NCBI GenBank assembly: GCA_964016885.1
Contig: OZ024744.1
Coordinates: 128,030,001-128,094,000 of the forward strand
Source of the DNA: Eledone cirrhosa
Taxonomy: Eukaryota
Direction: 5' to 3'
Length of the DNA: 64,000 bases
Shown one piece after another: positions 34,481-47,000 of the stretch. Within the stretch, counting starts at the first letter, position 1. Every line of letters begins with the position of its first letter. Made by a program: the position numbers and the translations under genes. The notes beneath the pieces are model-generated. The model saw only the letters and a list, made by a program, of their open reading frames with translations, made no database searches and was not told the DNA's origin.

Positions 34481-37400
34481 CAAGTTGGGGTTAAGTTAAG
34501 TTGGGGTTAAGTTAAGTTGGGGTTAAGTTAAGTTGGGGGTAAGTTAAGTTGGGTGTAAGTTAAGTTGGGGTTAAGTTAAGTTGGGGTTCAGTTCAGTTGG
34601 GGTTAAGTTGGGGTTAAGTTAAGCTGGGGGTAAGATAAGTTGGGGTTAAGTTAAGTTGGGGTTAAGTTAAGTTGGGTTTAAGTTAAGTTGGAGTTAAGTT
34701 AAGTTGGAGTTAAGTTAAGTTGGGGTTAAGCTAAGTTGGGGTTAAGCTAAGTTGGGGTTAAGTTAATTTGGGGCTGAGTTAAGTTGGGGTTAAGTTAAGT
34801 TCGGGTTGAGTTAAGTTGGGGTTAAGTTAAGTTGGGGTTAAGTTAAGTTGGGGTTAAGTTAAGTTGGGGTTAAGATAAGTTGGGGTTAAGTTAAGTTGGG
34901 GTTAATTTAAGTTGGGGTTGGGTTAATTTGGGTTTTAGTTAAGTTGGGCTTAACTTTAGTTGGGGTTAAGTTGGGGTTAAGTTAAGTTGGGGTTAAGTTA
35001 AGTTGGGGGTAAGTTAAGTTGGGGGCAAGTTAAGTTGGGGTTAATTTAAGTTGGGGTTAAGTTAAGTTGGGGTTATGTTAAGTCGGGGTTAAGTTAAGTT
35101 GGGGGTAACTTAAGTTGGGGTTAAGTTAATTTGGGGGTAAGTTAAGTTGGGGTTAAGTTAAGTTGGGGGTAAGTTAAGTTGAGGGTAAGTTAAGTTGGGG
35201 TTAAGTTAAGTTGGGGTTAAATTAAGTTGAGGTTAAGTTAAGTTGGGGTTAAGTTAAGTTGGGGGTAAGATAAGTTGGGGGTAAGATAAGTTGGGGCTAA
35301 GTTAACTTGGGGCTAAGTCAAGTTGGGGTTAATTCAAGTTGAGGTTAACTTAAGTTGGGGTTAAGTTAAGTTGGGGTTAAGTTAAGTTGGGGTTAAGGTA
35401 AGTTGGGGTTATGTTAAGTTGGGGCTAAGTTAAGTTGGGGCTAAGTTAAGTTGGGGCTGAGTTAAGTTGGGGTTAAGTTAAGTTGGGGTTGAGTTAAGTT
35501 GGGGTTAAGTTAAGTTGGGATTAAGTTAAGTTGGGGTTAAGTTAAGTTCGGCTTGAGTTAAGTTGGGGTTAAGTTAAGTTGGGGTTAATTTAAGTTGGGG
35601 TTAAGTTAAGTTGGGGTTAAGATAAGTTGGGGTTAAGTTAAGTTGGGGTTAAGTTAAGTTGGGGTTGAGTTAATTTGGGGTTAAGTTAAGTTGGGGTTAA
35701 CTTAAGTTGGGGTTAAGTTGGGGTTAAGTTAAGTTGGGGGTAGGTTAAGTTGGGGGCAAGTTAAGTTGGGGTTAAGTTAAGTTGGGGTTAAGTTAAGTTG
35801 GGGGTAAGTTAAGTCGGGGTTAAGTTAAGTTGGGGTTAATTTAAGTTGAGGTTAAGTTAAGTTGGGGTTAAGGTAAGTTGGGGTTAAGTTAATTTGCGGT
35901 TAAGTTAGGTTGTGGGTTAAGTTAAGTTGGGGTTAAGTTAAGCTGGGGTTAAGTTGGGGTAAGTTAAGTTGGGGGTAAGTTAAGTTGGGGTTAAGTTAAG
36001 TTGGGGTTAAGTTAAGTTGGGGTTAAGTTAAGTTGGGGTTAAGTTAAGTTGGGGTTGAGTTAAGTTGGGGTTGAGTCAAGTTGGGGTTAAGTTAAGTTGG
36101 GGTTAAGTTAAGTTGGGGTTAAGTTAAGTTGGGGTTAAGTTAAGCTGGGGTTAAGTTGGGGTAAGTTAAGTTGGGGGTAAGTTAAGTTGGGGTTAAGTTA
36201 AGTTGGGGTTAAGGTAAGTTGGGGTTATGTTAAGTTGGGGCTAAGTTAAGTTGGGGCTAAATCAAGTTGGGGTTAAGTCAAGTTGAGGTTAACTTAAGTT
36301 GGGGCTAAGTTAAGTTGGGGTTAAGTTAAGTTGGGGTTAAGTTAAGTTGGGGTTAAGGTAAGTTGGGGTTATGTTAAGTTGGGGCTAAGTTAAGTTGGGG
36401 CTAAGTTAAGTTGGGGCTGAGTTAAGTTGGGGTTAAGTTAAGTTGGGGTTGAGTTAAGTTGGGGTTAAGTTAAGTTGGGATTAAGTTAAGTTGGGGTTAA
36501 GTTAAGTTGGGTTAAGATAAGTTGGGGTTAAGTTAAGTTGGGGTTAAGTTAAGTTGGGGTTGAGTTAATTTGGGGTTAAGTTAAGTTGGGGTTAACTTAA
36601 GTTGGGGTTAAGTTGGGGTTAAGTTAAGTTGGGGGTAGGTTAAGTTGGGGGCAAGTTAAGTTGGGGTTAAGTTAAGTTGGGGTTAAGTTAAGTTGGGTTT
36701 AAGTTAAGTTGGGGCTAAGTTAAGTTGGGGCTAAGTTAAGTTGGGGCTGAGTTAAGTTGGGTGTAAGTCAAGTTGGGGTTAAGTCAAGTTGCGGTTAAGT
36801 CAAGTTGCGGTTAAGTCAAGTTGGGGTTAAGTCAAGTTGGGGTTAAGTTAAGTTGGGGTTAAGTTAAGTTGGGGTTAAGTTAAGTTGGGGTCAAGTTAAG
36901 TTGGGGTTAAGTTAAGTTAGGATTAATTTCAGTTGGGGTTATGTTAAGTTGGGGTTAAGTTAAGTTGGGGTTAATTTAAAGTTGGGGTTAAGTTAAGTTG
37001 GGGTAAAGTTAAGTTAGGGTTAAGTTAAGTTGGGGTTAAGTTAAGTTGGGGTTAAATTAAGTTGGGGTTAAGTTAAGTTGGGGTTAAGTTAAGTTGGGGT
37101 TAAATTAAGTTGGGGTTCAGTTAAGTTGGGTTTAAATTAAGTTGGGGTTAAGTTAAGTTGGGGTTAGTTAAGTTGGGGTTAAGTTAAGTTGGGGTTAAGT
37201 TAAGTTGGGGTTAAGTTAAGTTGGGGTTAAGTTAAGTTGGCGTTAAGTTAAGTTGGGGTTAAGTTAAGTTGGGGTTAAATTAAGTTGGGGTTAAGTTAAG
37301 TTGGGGTTAATTTAAGTTGGGGTTAAGTTAAGTTGGGGTTAAGTTAAGTTGGAGTTAAGTCAAGTTGGGGTTAAGTCAAGTTGCGGTTAAGTCAAGTTGG

Positions 37401-39590
37401 GGTTAAGTCAAGTTGGGGTTAAGTTAAGTTGGGGTTAAGTTAAGTTGGGGTTAAGTTAAGTTGGGGGTAAGTTAAGTTTGGTGTAAGTTAAGTTGGGGTT
37501 AAGTTAAGTTGGGGTTCAGTTCAGTTGGGGTTAAGTTGGGGTTAAGTTAAGTTGGGGTTAAGTTAAGGTGGGTTTAAGTTAAGTTGGAGTTAAGTTAAGT
37601 TGGAGTTAAGTTAAGTTGGGGTTAAGCTAAGTTGGGGTTAAGCTAAGTTGGGGTTAAGTTAATTTGGGGCTGAGTTAAGTTGGGGTTAAGTTAAGTTCGG
37701 GTTGAGTTAAGTTGGGGTTAAGTTAAGTTGGGGTTAAGTTAAGTTGGGGTTAAGTTAAGTTGGGGTTAAGATAAGTTGGGGTTAAGTTAAGTTGGGGTTA
37801 ATTTAAGTTGGGGTTGAGTTAATTTGGGTTTAAGTTAAGTTGGGCTTAACTTTAGTTGGGGTTAAGTTGGGGTTAAGTTAAGTTGGGGTTAAGTTAAGTT
37901 GGGGGTAAGTTAAGTTGGGGGCAAGTTAAGTTGGGGTTAATTTAAGTTGGGGTTAAGTTAAGTTGGGGTTATGTTAAGTCGGGGTTAAGTTAAGTTGGGG
38001 GTAACTTAAGTTGGGGTTAAGTTAATTTGGGGGTAAGTTAAGTTGGGGTTAAGTTAAGTTGGGGGTAAGTTAAGTTGAGGGTAAGTTAAGTTGGGGTTAA
38101 GTTAAGTTGGGGTTAAATTAAGTTGAGGTTAAGTTAAGTTGGGGTTAATTTAAGTTGGGGGTAAGATAAGTTGGGGGTAAGATAAGTTGGGGCTAAGTTA
38201 ACTTGGGGCTAAGTCAAGTTGGGGTTAATTCAAGTTGAGGTTAACTTAAGTTGGGGTTAAGTTAAGTTGGGGTTAAGTTAAGTTGGGGTTAAGGTAAGTT
38301 GGGGTTATGTTAAGTTGGGGCTAAGTTAAGTTGGGGCTAAGTTAAGTTGGGGCTGAGTTAAGTTGGGGTTAAGTTAAGTTGGGGTTGAGTTAAGTTGGGG
38401 TTAAGTTAAGTTGGGATTAAGTTAAGTTGGGGTTAAGTTAAGTTCGGCTTGAGTTAAGTTGGGGTTAAGTTAAGTTGGGGTTAATTTAAGTTGGGGTTAA
38501 GTTAAGTTGGGGTTAAGATAAGTTGGGGTTAAGTTAAGTTGGGGTTAAGTTAAGTTGGGGTTGAGTTAATTTGGGGTTAAGTTAAGTTGGGGTTAACTTA
38601 AGTTGGGGTTAAGTTGGGGTTAAGTTAAGTTGGGGGTAGGTTAAGTTGGGGGCAAGTTAAGTTGGGGTTAAGTTAAGTTGGGGTTAAGTTAAGTTGGGGG
38701 TAAGTTAAGTCGGGGTTAAGTTAAGTTGGGGTTAATTTAAGTTGAGGTTAAGTTAAGTTGGGGTTAAGGTAAGTTGGGGTTAAGTTAATTTGCGGTTAAG
38801 TTAGGTTGTGGGTTAAGTTAAGTTGGGGTTAAGTTAAGCTGGGGTTAAGTTGGGGTAAGTTAAGTTGGGGGTAAGTTAAGTTGGGGTTAAGTTAAGTTGG
38901 GGTTAAGTTAAGTTGGGGTTAAGTTAAGTTGGGGTTAAGTTAAGTTGGGGTTGAGTTAAGTTGGGGTTGAGTTAAGTTGGGGTTAAGTTAAGTTGGGGTT
39001 AAGTTAAGTTGGGGTTAAGTTAAGTTGGGGTTAAGTTAAGCTGGGGTTAAGTTGGGGTAAGTTAAGTTGGGGGTAAGTTAAGTTGGGGTTAAGTTAAGTT
39101 GGGGTTAAGGTAAGTTGGGGTTATGTTAAGTTGGGGCTAAGTTAAGTTGGGGCTAAATCAAGTTGGGGTTAAGTCAAGTTGAGGTTAACTTAAGTTGGGG
39201 CTAAGTTAAGTTGGGGTTAAGTTAAGTTGGGGTTAAGTTAAGTTGGGGTTAAGGTAAGTTGGGGTTATGTTAAGTTGGGGCTAAGTTAAGTTGGGGCTAA
39301 GTTAAGTTGGGGCTGAGTTAAGTTGGGGTTAAGTTAAGTTGGGGTTGAGTTAAGTTGGGGTTAAGTTAAGTTGGGATTAAGTTAAGTTGGGGTTAAGTTA
39401 AGTTGGGGTTAAGATAAGTTGGGGTTAAGTTAAGTTGGGGTTAAGTTAAGTTGGGGTTGAGTTAATTTGGGGTTAAGTTAAGTTGGGGTTAACTTAAGTT
39501 GGGGTTAAGTTGGGGTTAAGTTAAGTTGGGGGTAGGTAAAGTTGGGGGCAAGTTAAGTTGGGGTTAAGTTAAGTTGGGGTTAAGTTAAGT
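33840..39590 (+). repeat. About 2.9-kb tandem duplication
   Basis: Double GCGG-TTAAGTCAAG at 33863/36791 (offset 2928), AGGATT at 33991/36919 (2928), and CTAAATCAAG at 36257/39153 (2896). Confidence 0.88.
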
Positions 39591-41099
39591 TGGGGTTAAG
39601 TTAAGTTAGGGTTAATTTCAGTTGGGGTTAAGTTAAGTTGGGGTTAAGTTAAGTTAGGGTTAATTTAAGTTGGGGTTATGTTAAGTTGGGGTTAAGTTAA
39701 GTTGGGGTTAAGTTAAGTTGGTGTTAAGTAAAGTTGGGGTTAAGTTAAGTTGTGGGTTAAGTTAAGTTGGGGTTAAGTTAAGTTGGGGTTAAGTTAAGTT
39801 GGTGTTAAGTAAAGTTGGGCTTAAGTTAAGTTGGGTTTGAGTTAAGTTGGGGCTAAGTTAAGTTAGGGCTAAGTTAAGTTGGGGTTAAGTTAAGTTGGGG
39901 CTAGGTTAAGTTGGGTCTAATTTAAGTTGGGGTTAAGTTAAGTTGGGGTTAAGTTAAGTTGGGATTAAATTAAGTTGGGGTTAAGTTAAGTTGGGCTTAA
40001 GCTAAGTTGGGGTTAAGTTAGGTTGTGGGTTAAGTTAAGTTGGGGTTAAGTTAAGCTGGGGTTAAGTTGGGGTAAGTTAAGTTGGGGGTAAGTTAAGTTG
40101 GGGTTAAGTTAAGTTGGGGTTAAGTTAAGTTGGGGTTAAGTTAAGTTGGGGTTAAGTTAAGTTGGAGTTGAGTTAAGTTGGGGTTGAGTTAAGTTGGGGT
40201 TAAGTTAAGTTGGGGTTAAGTTAAGTTGGGGTTAAGTTAAGTTGGGGTTAAGTTAAGCTGGGGTTAAGTTGGGGTAAGTTAAGTTGGGGTTAAGTTAAGT
40301 TGGGGTTAAGTTAAGTTGGGGTTAAGTTAAGTTGGGGTTAAGTTAAGTTGGGGTTGAGTTAAGTTGGGGTTGAGTTAAGTTGGGGTTAAGTTAAGTTGGG
40401 GTTAAGTTAAGTTGGGGTTAAGTTAAGTTGGGGTTAAGTTAAGTTGGGGTTAAGTTAAGTTGGGGGTAAGTTAAGATGGGGGCAAGTTAAGTTGGGGTTA
40501 AGTTAAGTTGGGGTTAAGTTAAGTTGGGGTTAAGTTAAGTTGGGGTTAAGTTAAGTTGGGGTTAAGTTAAGTTGGGGTTAAGTTAAGTTAGGGTTAATTT
40601 CAGTTGGGGTTATGTTAAGTTGGGGTTAAGTTAAGTAGGGGTTAAGTTAAAGTTGGGGTTAAGTTAAGTTGGGGTAAAGTTAAGTTGGGGTTAAGTTAAG
40701 TTGGGGTTAAATTAAGTTGGGGTTCAGTTAAGTTGGGGTTAAATTAAGTTGGGGTTAAGTTAAGTTGGGGTTAGTTAAGTTGGGGTTAAGTTAAGTTGGG
40801 GTTAAGTTAAGTTGGGGTTAAGTTAAGTTGGGGTTAAGTTAAGTTGGCGTTAAGTTAAGTTGGGGTTAAGTTAAGTTGGGGTTAAATTAAGTTGGGGTTA
40901 AGTTAAGTTGGGGTTAATTTAAGTTGGGGTTAAGTTAAGTTGGGGTTAATTTAAGTTGGAGTTAAGTCAAGTTGGGGTTAAGTCAAGTTGGGGTTAAGTC
41001 AAGTTGGGGTTAAGTCAAGTTGGGGTTAAGTTAAGTTGGGATTAAGTTAAGTTGGGGTTAAGTTAAGTTGGGGTTAAGATAAGTTGGGGTTAAGTTAAG

Positions 41100-44000
41100 T
41101 TGGGGTTAATTTAAGTTGGGGTTGAGTTAAGTTCGGGTTAAGTTAAGTTCGGGTTGAGTTAAGTTGGGGTTAAGTTAAGTTGGGGTTAAGTTAAGTTGGG
41201 GTTAAGTTAAGTTGGGGTTAAGATAAGTTGGGGTTAAGTTAAGTTGGGGTTAATTTAAGTTGGGGTTGAGTTAATTTGGGTTTAAGTTAAGTTGGGCTTA
41301 ACTTAAGTTGGGGTTAAGTTGGGGTTAAGTTAAGTTGGGGTTAAGTTAAGTTGGGGTTAAGTTAAGTTGGGGGTAAGTTAAGTTGGGGGCAAGTTAAGTT
41401 GGGGTTAATTTAAGTTGGGGTTAAGTTAAGTTGGGGTTATGTTAAGTTGGGGTTAATTTAAGTTGGGGTTAAGTTAAGTTGGGGGTAACTTAAGTTGAGG
41501 GTAAGTTAAGTTGAGGGTAAGTTAAGTTGAGGGTAAGTTAAGTTGAGGTTAAGTTAAGTTGGGGTTAAGTTAAGTTGGGGGTAAGTTAAGTTGGGGGTAA
41601 GTTAAGTTGGGGTTAAGTTAAGTTGGGGTTAAATTAAGTTGAGGTTAAGTTAATTTGGGGTTAAGTTAAGTTGGGGTTAAGTTAAGTTGGGGGTAAGATA
41701 AGTTGGGGCTAAGTTAAGTTGGGGCTAAGTCAAGTTGGGGTTAAGTCAAGTTGAGGTTAACTTAAGTTGGGGTTAAGTTAAGTTGGGGTTAAGTTAAGTT
41801 GGGTTTAAGGTAAGTTGGGGTTAAGTTAAGTTGGGGCTAAGTTAAGTTGGGGCTAAGTTAAGTTGGGGCTGAGTTAAGTTGGGGTTAAGTTGGGGTTGAG
41901 TTAAGTTGGGGTTAAGTTAAGTTGGGATTAAGTTAAGTTGGGGTTAAGTTAAGTTCGGGTTGAGTTAAGTTGGGGTTAAGTTAAGTTGGGGTTAATTTAA
42001 GTTGGGGTTAAGTTAAGTTGGGGTTGAGTTAATTTGGGTTTAAGTTAAGTTGGGGTTAACTTAAGTTGGGGTTAAGTTAAGTTGGGGTTAAGTTAAGTTG
42101 GGGGTAAGTTAAGTTGGGGGCAAGTTGAGTTGGGGTTAAGTTAAGTTGGGGTTAAGTTAAGGTGGGGGTAAGTTAAGTTGGGGGTAAGTTAAGTTGGGGT
42201 TAAGTTAAGTTGGGGTTAAGTTAAGTTGGGTTTAAGTTAAGTTGGGGCTAAGTCTAGTTGGGGCTAAGTTAAGTTGGGGCTGAGTTAAGTTGGGGTTAAG
42301 TTAAGTTGGGGTTGAGTTAAGTTGGGGTTAACTTAAGTTGGGGTTAAGTTGGGGTTAAGTTAAGTTGGGGTTAAATTAAGTTGGGGGTTAGTTAAGTTGC
42401 GGCAAGTTAAGTTGGGGATAATTTAAGTTGGGGTTAAGTTAAGTTGGGGTTATGTTAAGTTGGGGTTAAGTTAAGTTGGGGTTAAGTTAAGTTGGGGGTA
42501 AGTTAATTTGGGGCTGAGTTAAGATAGGGTTAAGTTAAGTTCGGGTTGAGTTAAGTTGGGGTTAAGTTAAGTTGGGGTTAAGTTAAGTTGGGATTAAGTT
42601 AAGTTGGGGTTAAGATAAGTTGGGGTTAAGTTAAGTTGGGGTTAATTTAAGATGGGGTTGAGTTAAGTTCGGGTTAAGTTAAGTTCGGGTTGAGTTAAGT
42701 TGGGGTTAAGTTAAGTTGGGGTTAAGTTAAGTTGGGGTTAAGTTAAGTTGGGGTTAAGATAAGTTGGGGTTAAGTTAAGTTGGGGTTAATTTAAGTTGGG
42801 GTTGAGTTAATTTGGGTTTAAGTTAAGTTGGGCTTAACTTAAGTTGGGGTTAAGTTGGGGTTAAGTTAAGTTGGGGTTAAGTTAAGTTGGGGTTAAGTTA
42901 AGTTGGGGGTAAGTTAAGTTGGGGGCAAGTTAAGTTGGGGTTAATTTAAGTTGGGGTTAAGTTAAGTTGGGGTTATGTTAAGTTGGGGTTAATTTAAGTT
43001 GGGGTTAAGTTAAGTTGGGGGTAACTTAAGTTGAGGGTAAGTTAAGTTGAGGGTAAGTTAAGTTGAGGGTAAGTTAAGTTGAGGTTAAGTTAAGTTGGGG
43101 TTAAGTTAAGTTGGGGGTAAGTTAAGTTGGGGGTAAGTTAAGTTGGGGTTAAGTTAAGTTGGGGTTAAATTAAGTTGAGGTTAAGTTAATTTGGGGTTAA
43201 GTTAAGTTGGGGTTAAGTTAAGTTGGGGGTAAGATAAGTTGGGGCTAAGTTAAGTTGGGGCTAAGTCAAGTTGGGGTTAAGTCAAGTTGAGGTTAACTTA
43301 AGTTGGGGTTAAGTTAAGTTGGGGTTAAGTTAAGTTGGGGTTAAGGTAAGTTGGGGTTAAGTTAAGTTGGGGCTAAGTTAAGTTGGGGCTAAGTTAAGTT
43401 GGGGCTGAGTTAAGTTGGGGTTAAGTTGCGGTTGAGTTAAGTTGGGGTTAAGTTAAGTTGGGATTAAGTTAAGTTGGGGTTAAGTTAAGTTCGGGTTGAG
43501 TTAAGTTGGGGTTAAGTTAAGTTGGGGTTAATTTAAGTTGGGGTTAAGTTAAGTTGGGGTTAAGATAAGTTGGGGTTAAGTTAAGTTGGGGTTAAGTTAA
43601 GTTGGGGTTGAGTTAATTTGGGGTTAAGTTAAGTTGGGGTTAACTTAAGTTGGGGTTAAGTTAAGTTGGGGTTAAGTTAAGTTGGGGGTAAGTTAAGTTG
43701 GGGGCAAGCTAAGTTGGGGTTCAGTTAAGTTGGGGTTAAGTTAATTTGGGGCTGAGTTAAGTTGGGGTTAAGTTAAGTTCGGGTTGAGTTAAGTTGGGGT
43801 TAAGTTAAGTTGGGGTTAAGTTAAGTTGGGGTTAAGTTAAGTTGGGGTTAAGATAAGTTGGGGTTAAGTTAAGTTGGGGTTAATTTAAGTTGGGGTTGAG
43901 TTAACTTGGGTTTAAGTTAAGTTGGGCTTAACTTAAGTTGGGGTTAAGTTAAGTTGGGGTTAAGTTAAGTTGGGGGTAAGTTAAGTTGGGGGCAAGTTAA

Positions 44001-47000
44001 GTTGGGGTTAATTTAAGTTGAGGTTAATTTAAGTTGGGGTTAAGTTAAGTTGGGGGTAAGTTAAGTTGGGGGTAAGTTAAGTTGGGGTTAAGTTAAGTTG
44101 GGGTTAAATTAAGTTGAGGTTAAGTTAATTTGGGGTTAAGTTAAGTTGGGGTTAAGTTAAGTTGGGGGTAAGATAAGTTGGGGCTAAGTTAAGTTGGGGC
44201 TAAGTCAAGTTGGGGTTAAGTCAAGTTGGGGTTAAGTCAAGTTGAGGTTAACTTAAGTTGGGGTTAAGTTAAGTTGGGGTTAAGTTAAGTTGGGGTTAAG
44301 GTAAGTTGGGGTTAAGTTAAGTTGGGGCTAAGTTAAGTTGGGGCTAATTTAAGTTGGGGCTGAGTTAAGTTGGGGTTAAGTTGGGGTTGAGTTAAGTTGG
44401 GGTTAAGTTAAGTTGGTATTAAGTTAAGTTGGGGTTAAGTTAAGTTCGGGTTGAGTTAAGTTGGGGTTAAGTTAAGTTGGGGTTAATTTAAGTTGGGGTT
44501 AAGTTAAGTTGGGGTTAAGATAAGTTGGGGTTAAGTTAAGTTGGGGTTAAGTTAAGTTGGGGTTGAGTTAATTTGGGGTTAAGTTAAGTTGGGGTTAACT
44601 TAAGTTGGGGTTAAGTTAAGTTGGGGTTAAGTTAAGTTGGGGGTAAGTTAAGTCGGGGTTAAGTTAAGTTGGGGTTAAGTTAAGTTGGGTTTAAGTTAAG
44701 TTGGGGCTAAGTTAAGTTGGGGCTAAGTTAAGTTGGGGCTGAGTTAAGTTGGGGGTAACTTAAGTTGGGTATAAGTTAAGTTGGGGTTAAGTTAAGTTGG
44801 GGTTCAGTTCAGTTGGGGTTAAGTTAAGTTGGGGTTAAGTTAAGCTGGGGTTAAGTTAAGTTGGGGTTAATTTAAGTTGGGGTTAAGTTAAGTTGGGGTT
44901 AAGTTAAGTTGGGGGTAAGTTAAGTTGGGGGCAAGTTAAGTTGGGGTTAAGTTAAGTTGGGGTTAAGTTAAGTTGGGGTTAAGTTAAGTTAGGGTTAATT
45001 TCAGTTGGGGTTAAGTTAAGTTGGGGTTAAGTTAAGTTAGGGTTAATTTAAGTTGGGGTTATGTTAAGTTGGGGTTAAGTTAAGTTGGGGTTAAGTTAAG
45101 TTGGTATTAAGTAAAGTTGGGGTTAAGTTAAGTTGTGGGTTAAGTTAAGTTGGGGTTAAGTTAAGTTGGGGTTAAGTTAAGTTGGTGTTAAGTAAAGTTG
45201 GGCTTAAGTTAAGTTGGGTTTGAGTTAAGTTGGGGCTAAGTTAAGTTAGGGCTGAGTTAAGTTGGGGTTAAGTTAAGTTGGGGCTAGGTTAAGTTGGGTC
45301 TAAGTTAAGTTGGGGTTAAGTTAAGTTGGGGTTAAGTTCAGTTGGGGTTAAATTAAGTTGGGGTTAAGTTAAGTTGGCGTTAAGCTAAGTTGGGGTTAAG
45401 TTAATTTGCGGTTAAGTTAGGTTGTGGGTTAAGTTAAGTTGGGGGTAAGTTAAGTTGGGGGTAAGTTAAGTTGGGGTTAATTTAAGTTGGGGTTAAGTTA
45501 AGTTGGGGTTAAGTTAAGTTGGGGTTAAGTTAAGTTGGGGTTAAGTTAAGTTGGCGTTAATTTAACTTGGGGTAAAGTTAAGTTGGGGTTAAGTTAAGTT
45601 GGGGTTAAGTTAAGTTGGGGTTAAGTTAAGTTGGGGTTAAGTCAAGTTGGGGTTAAGTCAAGTTGGGGTTAAGTCAAGTTGGGGTTAAGTTAAGTTGGGG
45701 GTAAGTTAAGTTGGGTATAAGTTAAGTTGGGGTTAAGTTAAAATGTGGTTAAGTTCGGTTGGGGTTAAGTTAAGTTGGGGTTAAGTTAAGTTGGGGGTAA
45801 GTTAAGTTGGGGGCAAGTTAAGTTGGGGTTAAGTTAAGTTGGGGTTAAGTTAAGTTGGGGTTAAGTTAAGTTGGGGTTAAGTTAAGTTAGGGTTAATTTC
45901 AGTTGGGGTTATGTTAAGTTGGGGTTAAGTTAAGTTGGGGTTAAGTTAAAGTTGGGGTTAAGTTAAGTTGGGGTAAAGGTAAGTTGGGGTTAAATTAAGT
46001 TGGGGTTCAGTTAAGTTGGGGTTAAATTAAGTTGGGGTTAAGTTAAGTTGGGGTTAGTTAAGTTGGGGTTAAGTTAAGTTGGGGTTAAGTTAAGTTGGGG
46101 TTAAGTTAAGTTGGCGTTAAGTTAAGTTGGGGTTAAGTTAAGTTGGGGTTAAATTAAGTTGGGGTTAAGTTAAGTTGGGGTTAATTTAAGTTGGGGTTAA
46201 GTTAAGTTGGGGTTAAGTTAAGTTGGAGTTAAGTCAAGTTGGGGTTAAGTCAAGTTGCGGTTAAGTCAAGTTGGGGTTAAGTCAAGTTGGGGTTAAGTTA
46301 AGTTGGGGTTAAGTTAAGTTGGGGTTAACTTAAGTTGGGGTTAATTTGGGGTTAAGTTAAGCTGGGGTTAAATTAAGTTGGGGGTTAGTTAAGTTGGGGC
46401 AAGTTAAGTTGGGGTTAATTTAAGTTGGGGTTAAGTTAAGTTGGGGTTATGTTAAGTTGGGGTTAAGTTAAGTTGGGGTTAAGTTAAGTTGGGGGTAAGT
46501 TAAGTTGGGGTTAAGTTAAGTTGGGGGTAAGTTAAGTTGAGATTAGTTAAGTTGGGGTTAAGTTAAGTTGGGGTTAAATTAAGTTGAGGTTAAGTTAAGT
46601 TGGGGTTAAGTTAAGTTGGGGGTAAGATAAGTTGGGGGTAAGATAAGTTGGGGCTAAGTTAAGTTGGGGCTAAGTCAAGTTGGGGTTAATTCAAGTTGAG
46701 GTTAACTTAAGTTGGGGTTAAGTTAAGTTGGGGTTAATTTAAGTTGGGGTTAAGTTAAGTTGGGGTTAAGATAAGTTAGGGTTAAGTTAAGTTGGGGTTA
46801 AGTTAAGTTGGGGTTGAGTTAATTTGGGGTTAAGTTAAGTTGGGGTTAACTTAAGTTGGGGTTAATTTAAGTTGGGGTTGAGTTAAGTTCGGGTTAAGTT
46901 AAGTTCGGGTTGAGTTAAGTTGGGGTTAAGTTAAGTTGGGGTTAAGTTAAGTTGGGGTTAAGTTAAGTTGGGGTTAAGATAAGTTGGGGTTAAGTTAAGT

